A DNA stretch of 64,000 bases, taken from Thalia democratica. Lineage: Eukaryota. Positions 57,441 to 64,000 of the stretch are shown here, piece by piece. The notes below the pieces were generated by a model. That model searched no databases, was not told the origin of the DNA, and saw only the letters and a list, made by a program, of their open reading frames with translations. The stretch's first letter is position 1. Every line of letters starts with the position of its first letter. Both the position numbers and the translations under genes were made by a program. The stretch lies in assembly GCA_965202585.1 (NCBI GenBank), contig OZ241827.1, positions 59,024,001 to 59,088,000 of the forward strand, in the 5' to 3' direction.

Positions 57441-59094
57441 TTTCAGCAAAAAAAAGTGGCTTAAAAAATATGCTTAACTTGAATAAAAGTTTAAATTTTA
57501 TAGTTAATTGTTAAGAAGCATTTTGGTATAACAGTTTTGTAAAAAAAATAAACCTAAATTTAAAGTTTTGGAAAGAGTAAACTAAAAATTCAATTTTTAA
57601 CTTTTTACTTTCATTAGTTTTACATCAATAAAATTCAAGTTAAACAAAAAGAAATCTTGTAGATATTACTATCTTTTGATCTAGAAGAAAAATGTTTTTT
57701 TTTTAGTTTTGAAATAAATCATTATAAAAATATTAGGCATTAACATACACATGCTTTAAAGTTAAATTTCCTTTAAAAGCTGATATAAATGTAAGTTTTA
57801 GCTTTACTTATCCAACAACTTTTAAATTTTTAGCTTACAACTTTATTTATTTAAAACTTTCAACCAGCTTCTTTGTTTAACATCACGTCGGTATATTTCA
57901 GCATTAAAATCACTGGGACTAAAGGCGAACATGCATAAAACGTTTTTATAGTTAAATGAATATACAGTTTGAAATTGAAGTCTCGAACTTTCGAATATTA
58001 CGTGCCTTGTATAATTGTACATGTAACATTATGAAGTTTTTCAAAATAATTTTCTAACAGCCAGTTTTTCAACTGAACTCCATCTTAATTACAGATCATA
58101 TTATTCAGTTGACAAAGTGCAAATTTTACAGCTTGTAGTAAATTGTTATTCAAATCATATTTAAAAAGTAAACAAAAAATTTAAACTGTTAGGTTTAATA
58201 TATAATACAAACATAACAAATTTTTATACATAAAAACGTACTGACACAACTTTTAAACTAAAGGAGACTACAATTTTTGCTTATTGCAAGACTAAAAAAA
58301 GCGAAATTAATAGAAGCAAGATGAGGTTTTACAGATTTTAAGTAAAATTAAAGCCGTGGGCTAGTTATTTGGTATTTGTTAGAATAATAATTGAACTTGT
58401 TTTGCATAAACTATTTTTATAACTACTTAATTACTATTAACTAATTAAAGTTTTAAGTATTTGTAACTTTTATTATTATTTGTTTTTTAGTAATGTTTGG
58501 TATAACTAGTTTCAAATAAATTTAATATAATCTCGTAAGTGCATTTAAATATTTGTTTTTAAAATATTAAAAAAAAAACTGTTTTTAAAATTACAAGTTT
58601 AGTTATCAAAAAACTCGCCAGTCTTTATTATTGTTTCTGATAAAAATATTTTAATTTTCGATGTTTGTGAGTAAATATTTTAGACTAATGAAATCCAATT
58701 AGTTATCTAAATATAAAAAACAGAAAGTTAGTAGTATTTACTAACACTTCTTTTTATCATTTAAACTAAAGAACTAACTTAATTATTGAACTTTCAATAA
58801 AAAGAAATAGTAAAACTAAACTATATAACATTACCACGAGTTCTTAAAAACCGTTTGTAAGGTATGCTACAAACAAATATTAATTGCAATTTCACCAATT
58901 AAATAAGTATTTTATTAAAAAGAAAATTAAATATTTATTTATTATGTTATGTCAAAGAAGATATTAAAAATAATAATTGCAACTTGAAACTTATTTTTCC
59001 TTTTCAATAATTTAAACACATGTTTATTAGACGACTTTAGAAATTATTATGTGGTACATTAGTTGCGGTTTTAAGGTGAAATATTTTCAAATTA

Positions 59095-59586
59095 TAAACT
59101 TTTTTGTTTTAGTCTAAGTGGTTTTTTCGGGCATAATGTATGTAATGTAATGTGTAAACCATTTAAAAGTGGTTTATTAAGTATATGAAATTAAATAAGT
59201 TCAACTTAAAAGTCATAATGGTCTTTTAAATATAATAAATTCAAAGTAAATTGACATGTTGTTATATGCAGCAAACCTTAACATATATATTTATATTTGT
59301 AATGTACAATGTTCAATTCTTACGTCATATTGTTTTTGTTTTTTTGTAAACTTTTGCATCGTTGTTTACCAAAGTGCTTTTTATTTTAAATTTGAACTGG
59401 CTGAAGATTAAAGACAATCTTTTTTGTTATTATGAAACAAATGTTCAAGTATTTTTAAAATCGTCATTTCAATAAATTATTTAAAAGCCCTTCAAGTGGG
59501 ATCAGTAGAAGGTGTTCAAGTTTTAATATAACTTTATTTTATATATATACATATATATAGAATAAATTACATAAATTACATACATT

Positions 59587-59617
<31 letters not shown>

Positions 59618-60780
59618 GTGTATTGAACGATAAAAAAACTCTCAAATATTTGATCCTAGGACCTAGTGCACGAAAAACCTTACGGTTGTCGAGTCGCACA
59701 CTACGGATACCTTTTAATGTCTTGTCAAGGACACCAGAAACAAAAAACTCATTTCAATTATGAATTCCAAAAAGGAATTCAAATAAAAATAAATAATAAA
59801 TTCAAATTTGAAAATAGTTTGAATATGTATCTTATAATTCTATGGGAAATTTAAGTTTTGCACTTTTAACCAATAAAAGCTAATATTTTTTGTTTATACT
59901 GTTATGTTATTAATTTCAATTTTAAGAGTTTCTAAGTTGAATCTTAATCTAGAATGCATGCGTACACTTCTGTCTCACATTTTTACTATGATTGACTTTA
60001 AAATTAAAAACACATTTTTGTTCAATATCAAAAGGTAGCAATACTTAAAATATATATTTAATTGTTTACTTAACTGTTATTGATTTTAAACTAATTAAAG
60101 TGAAACAGTTCCTTTTTTTGCAATTACAAATTAAATTAAATACTTTTTCGTTTTAGTCTAAATGGTTTTTTTTGACATAATGTATGTAATGTAAAGTTTA
60201 AACTATACAAAATCGGTTTATTAAGCATATAAAAATTGAAAAAATTAAATTCTAAAACCATAATGGTCTTTTTAATGTAATAAATTTAAAGGAAATTGAC
60301 AGAAAACTCTAACAAACTCATTTCAATTATGAAATTCAAAAAAAAAATCAAAAAATAGTAAACAATAAATTTAAAAACGAAAAATAAATCAAATAAATAT
60401 TTAATAATTATATGGAAAACTTAAGTTTTACACTTTTTAATAATAAAAGCTAATATATTTTGTTTATACTGTTAAATTTTAATATACGTTTCAAGAGTCT
60501 TTAAGTTTAAGTTTAATCTAAACGCATGTTATTGTTTATTAAACGATAAAAAAAGCGCTGAAGATAGTTGGTTCAAGGATTTGGTGTACTAAGAAACCTT
60601 TTGTTTATCGAGTACACTTCTATCTCACATTCTTATTAAGATTGATTTTGAAATTAAAAAACTTTTTTTTTTCAAGATCGAAAGTTAGTAATATTTAAGT
60701 TATTTGTTTTACTTAACTTTTATTGATTTTAAACTAATGAAAGTAAAAACTGAAACAATTGCTTTTTTAATTCAATTTCT
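59095..60780. repeat. Local A-B-C/A'-B'-C' tandem duplication including SINE-like copies (59621-59735 and 60535-60617, both -)
   Basis: A: ttttagtctaa..cataatgtatgtaatgtaa (59105/60150); B: aaactcatttcaattatgaa..taataaaagctaat (59745/60315); C: acacttct.tctcacatt..gattttaaactaat (59963/60613). Confidence 0.75.
59590..59616. repeat. (AT)n microsatellite
   Basis: Read directly. Confidence 0.9.
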
Positions 60781-60937
60781 TCGAAGACTTATGCGTTATA
60801 TTTCAACTTTGTTTAAGCAAAGTTTTATTTTACAAATTTAAGACAAATAAATGCATCTTAACAATTAATCATAAAATGTAAACTTTTACCCGAGTTAAGC
60901 ACATTTTTGTAAGGCACAGTTTTCGCTTAATGTGTTA

Positions 60938-61036
60938 AGCAAGCTACGCATGATAGCTGCACCTAAGCTCATGGTCGGTTTGTGGTTTGAAAATAAAGAA
61001 AGTAAATAGGAATGCTAAGATTTCCACATGTAAGTT
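60938..61036 (+). repeat. ~100-bp repeat, copy 3 of 3, inverted relative to the other two
   Basis: aagcaagctacgcatgatagctgcacctaagctcatggtcggtttgtggtttgaaaataaagaa..gaatgctaagatttccacatgtaagt. Confidence 0.75.
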
Positions 61037-62210
61037 AAAAGTGGGGCAAGGTATAACATTCTGTAAGAAGCCATAATGACTTTACAAAAAAAAAGTGCAT
61101 TTTTAAAACTCATGCAGACTATAAGAAACTGTATAGAACGAAAATTTACATATGGCTCGGTTTATAAAGTAATTGTAACTAACAATTAAAGTAAGTTTTA
61201 AGGTTATTCACGTGTTATGTTTGTATTTTTCTTCTATTTATAAAACACCTAGTGGTATTTTATATTAAAAACGAAGTTTTAGTTAAAGCTTTAACTTGTA
61301 ATATATTCAAATCTTGTTAACTTTTAGTCTACATTATCAGTATCTCTTACTCTTAAATGTTCCTACTTGAACCTTTTCAGCATTTTTAACAAAAGCTAAA
61401 TCTTTTATTTTACAAAACAGTGACGTACGAAGTAGTTGATACTGCTCAGCATTCTGTATGAAACGTCATCACCCGTCATCTCCAGCAAACAAACTCGTAG
61501 CTTATTCAATTGAAACAAAAAAGAAATCTATGTTTACAAACGAATACGTAAATGTGTACAATATAAGGTGAATAAAAATAACAGTTTATTTGTTTATGAA
61601 ATTTAAAGAAATAATCTCACGTGCCTACGAAAATAAACAAGAAATATATCTCATGTACTAATAGCATTTAAGGCAGCTTTAGAAAGTATAAAGTCAAAAT
61701 AGTTTTAGCAAATATTATCTCCACACAATCATACAAAAGTTAGACGTTAAACGAAAAATAAAAAAGACTCATGACAAGAAATGTTAATTTGTAATATAAT
61801 TGTGCAGAATTATAAAAAAATTATACAAAACAGTTGTTTTATAAGTACATATTTACAAAAAAAAGTATAACTGTACAAAATACATTGTGCATTACTATTA
61901 TTTTATAAAAAAAAAACTGTTCAATGAAAGATAAGTTGTTACGTCGAAGCTATTTACTTTGTATATAAGTATTAACATTAACATAAGATGTGCAAGTTTT
62001 AAAACAGTAAAAAACACATTTTATATTTGTAATTAGTGTTAAAACAAGCACATTGTAGCAGTTCTGTAAGTATACAAAGTTATGAGATAGAATTATTTTT
62101 GAAATAAATACATTTATTTCTATCAACTTTTAATTAAGTTATTTTTTTACAAAGCCACATTATTAATTGAAAGTCCTAAAAAAACACAGAAAAAAGATGC
62201 TGCAAAAAAG

Positions 62211-63983
62211 TCATATATTCTCGAAAGGCGGCGGAGGCGTCTCATCTTTTTCAGTTGTCAGCTGCAGTTTACCTTTTATTACGTCATAATAGTTCGGAGG
62301 GAGAACTGGCTTGCTTTTTAGCTCCATAGTAAGCGCGACGCTGTAAGGAGGAGGATTTCTTGCTGCTAATTCAGCTGTATTTTTATTAAAGTTTTTATTG
62401 ATTGTTTGTAAACCTGTATTTTGCAATTGTTTTGTTTCCTTAATTAAGTCTTTTACTTTTAAAATAAGTTTAAAAAAGGTTTAACATTAAAAAACATTTA
62501 CTTTTTGTAAATTAACTTTTACCTAACTTTTAACATACCCTCATGTTGTATTTTTCTTTTCATTCTGTATGTAATCCCACAATATACAACTAATATAAAC
62601 AACAGAGCAGTAATCGATGAACATATTGCAACAATTGGTCTGAAATTTTTAAGTTAAATTCAGAATTAAAAAGGCGAATTTAGAGTTGATTTTAGTTTTT
62701 GTTTAACAAACTATAGAAACAGATTTTTTTTTAAATTTAACTTTAACTAAACGATTAGTTTAAAACTTTGTATATATGTATTTCTTACCTTTTCTGTATG
62801 TGAAACTTTAAGCGATTTATAAAGTTCAAATTGAGTGTCTAAGCTTATATTTACTAAAATTTTTGTTTAATAGACATTTAAAAAAAAAAAAAACATTTTA
62901 AACAACAATATTAAATGAGGTTGAAGCTGAAGAATTAAGTTTAAACAGACAATTAACTACGTGAGAGCGTTTTAAAATTAAGGTAATTTCAACAAGTTTA
63001 ACAGATAAGTGAACAATAAAATCAAAATAATTACACTTGTTGCCTATCAGGATCGCAGCAGACGTAGGGAGGTGTATTTTTCTGCCTGAAAATCGGTTCG
63101 CAGCAACTCAGGCCGGACTGGTGACAGTTCAGTGCCGTGCAGAATTTTGTTGCTTCATCACTAATAGACGTACTAGTGTTTGACACTGCAAAAAAAATTA
63201 TTGTTTACATCAGCTTTAGTTTGTTTTATTCAACATAAATTGACTGTCATGTTAATTGGTAGGTTGTTAAATAAAAAAAAAGTTTTTATTTATTGTTTTA
63301 AAACAAAAGTGTAAGAAAAAGTTTACGTACTTAAATAAAAAAATGTCAAGTTGATCGACTGACGTAAACTTGCCTTTTATGAGGTAAATAAAAATTAAAG
63401 TCAAAATGGTAGACCTAAAAGTTATTATTATTTTTGTAACTTTTGTAAACCATTTATTTAATTCATGATTTTTTTAGCATTTAGACGATTGATTTTAATG
63501 ATTTTAAAAAAATAACATATTATGAACATGCTTTGTTAAATTAAAACATTTAAACTGTTAACAGGAAAAAATAAAACAATTTAGATAAATAAGCTAACAA
63601 CACCACTTTCGAGCGCAATTTTTTTAATTTAAAAAAACCTCTACGGCAACTAATCATAAAAATAAACGAAACAGTGAGGTTTCAAGTGCTTACGTATGTC
63701 ACATTAACTAACAATCAATCAAAGCAGTGAATTTATTTTATTGATTAGGTTAGGTGGAAAATACATTGAACAAAAATAATAAAAATGTTCGTTAAAACCT
63801 AAATTCAATAAATTTGTTTAACTTGTTAACTATTAAACACGTTTATAAACATTGTTTTAGCAAACAATAGTTTGAAATAACTTTATTTTTAAATACTTTT
63901 AAGCTTTATATATATTAATCAAATATCTTTTTTAACTTACTTATTTTAGTCGTAACAACGCTTATGCCCGTTGTAGTACTCAT
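62211..63983 (-). CDS. WBP1/VOPP1/TMEM92 (Shisa-like) PY-motif adaptor, copy 2 (~181 aa)
   Basis: Exons 63983-63941 (tentative), 63185-63037, 62838-62789, 62639-62539, 62413-62211. Intact frame with the same six Cys, TM and PPPY/LPPNY/PPPPF motifs. Confidence 0.82.
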
Positions 63984-64000
63984 TTATATTTTTGAATTAA

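Overview
A very AT-rich animal genomic window with short GT-AG introns. The species cannot be fixed from sequence alone, but the C-type lectin resembles ascidian TC14-type lectins (inference). Hand-splicing gives frame-consistent models for five genes. (1) 203-9841 (+), 5'-truncated: Ig/FN3 single-pass receptor (at least 4 Ig + 3 FN3 + TM + ~430 aa non-catalytic tail; Robo/CDON-BOC-like architecture). (2) 20909-22888 (-): secreted C-type lectin, 178 aa, EPN motif. (3) 43318-49152 (-): astacin metalloprotease with Sushi domain, mucin stalk and GPI-like tail, 691 aa. (4,5) 54879-56622 and 62211-63983 (-): recently duplicated WBP1/VOPP1/Shisa-like PY-motif membrane adaptors. An orphan coding exon (49931-50185, -) has a hAT MITE inserted at its splice acceptor. 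Several non-autonomous TIR elements and a ~120-bp SINE-like repeat (7 copies) are present. The most unusual region is 29.1-33.8 kb: a ~4 kb non-coding array of about 25 hairpin units sharing a CTGTACA leader and an AGGG...CCCT stem, with inner stems that differ in sequence but stay paired. It is a candidate small-RNA cluster whose function is untested.
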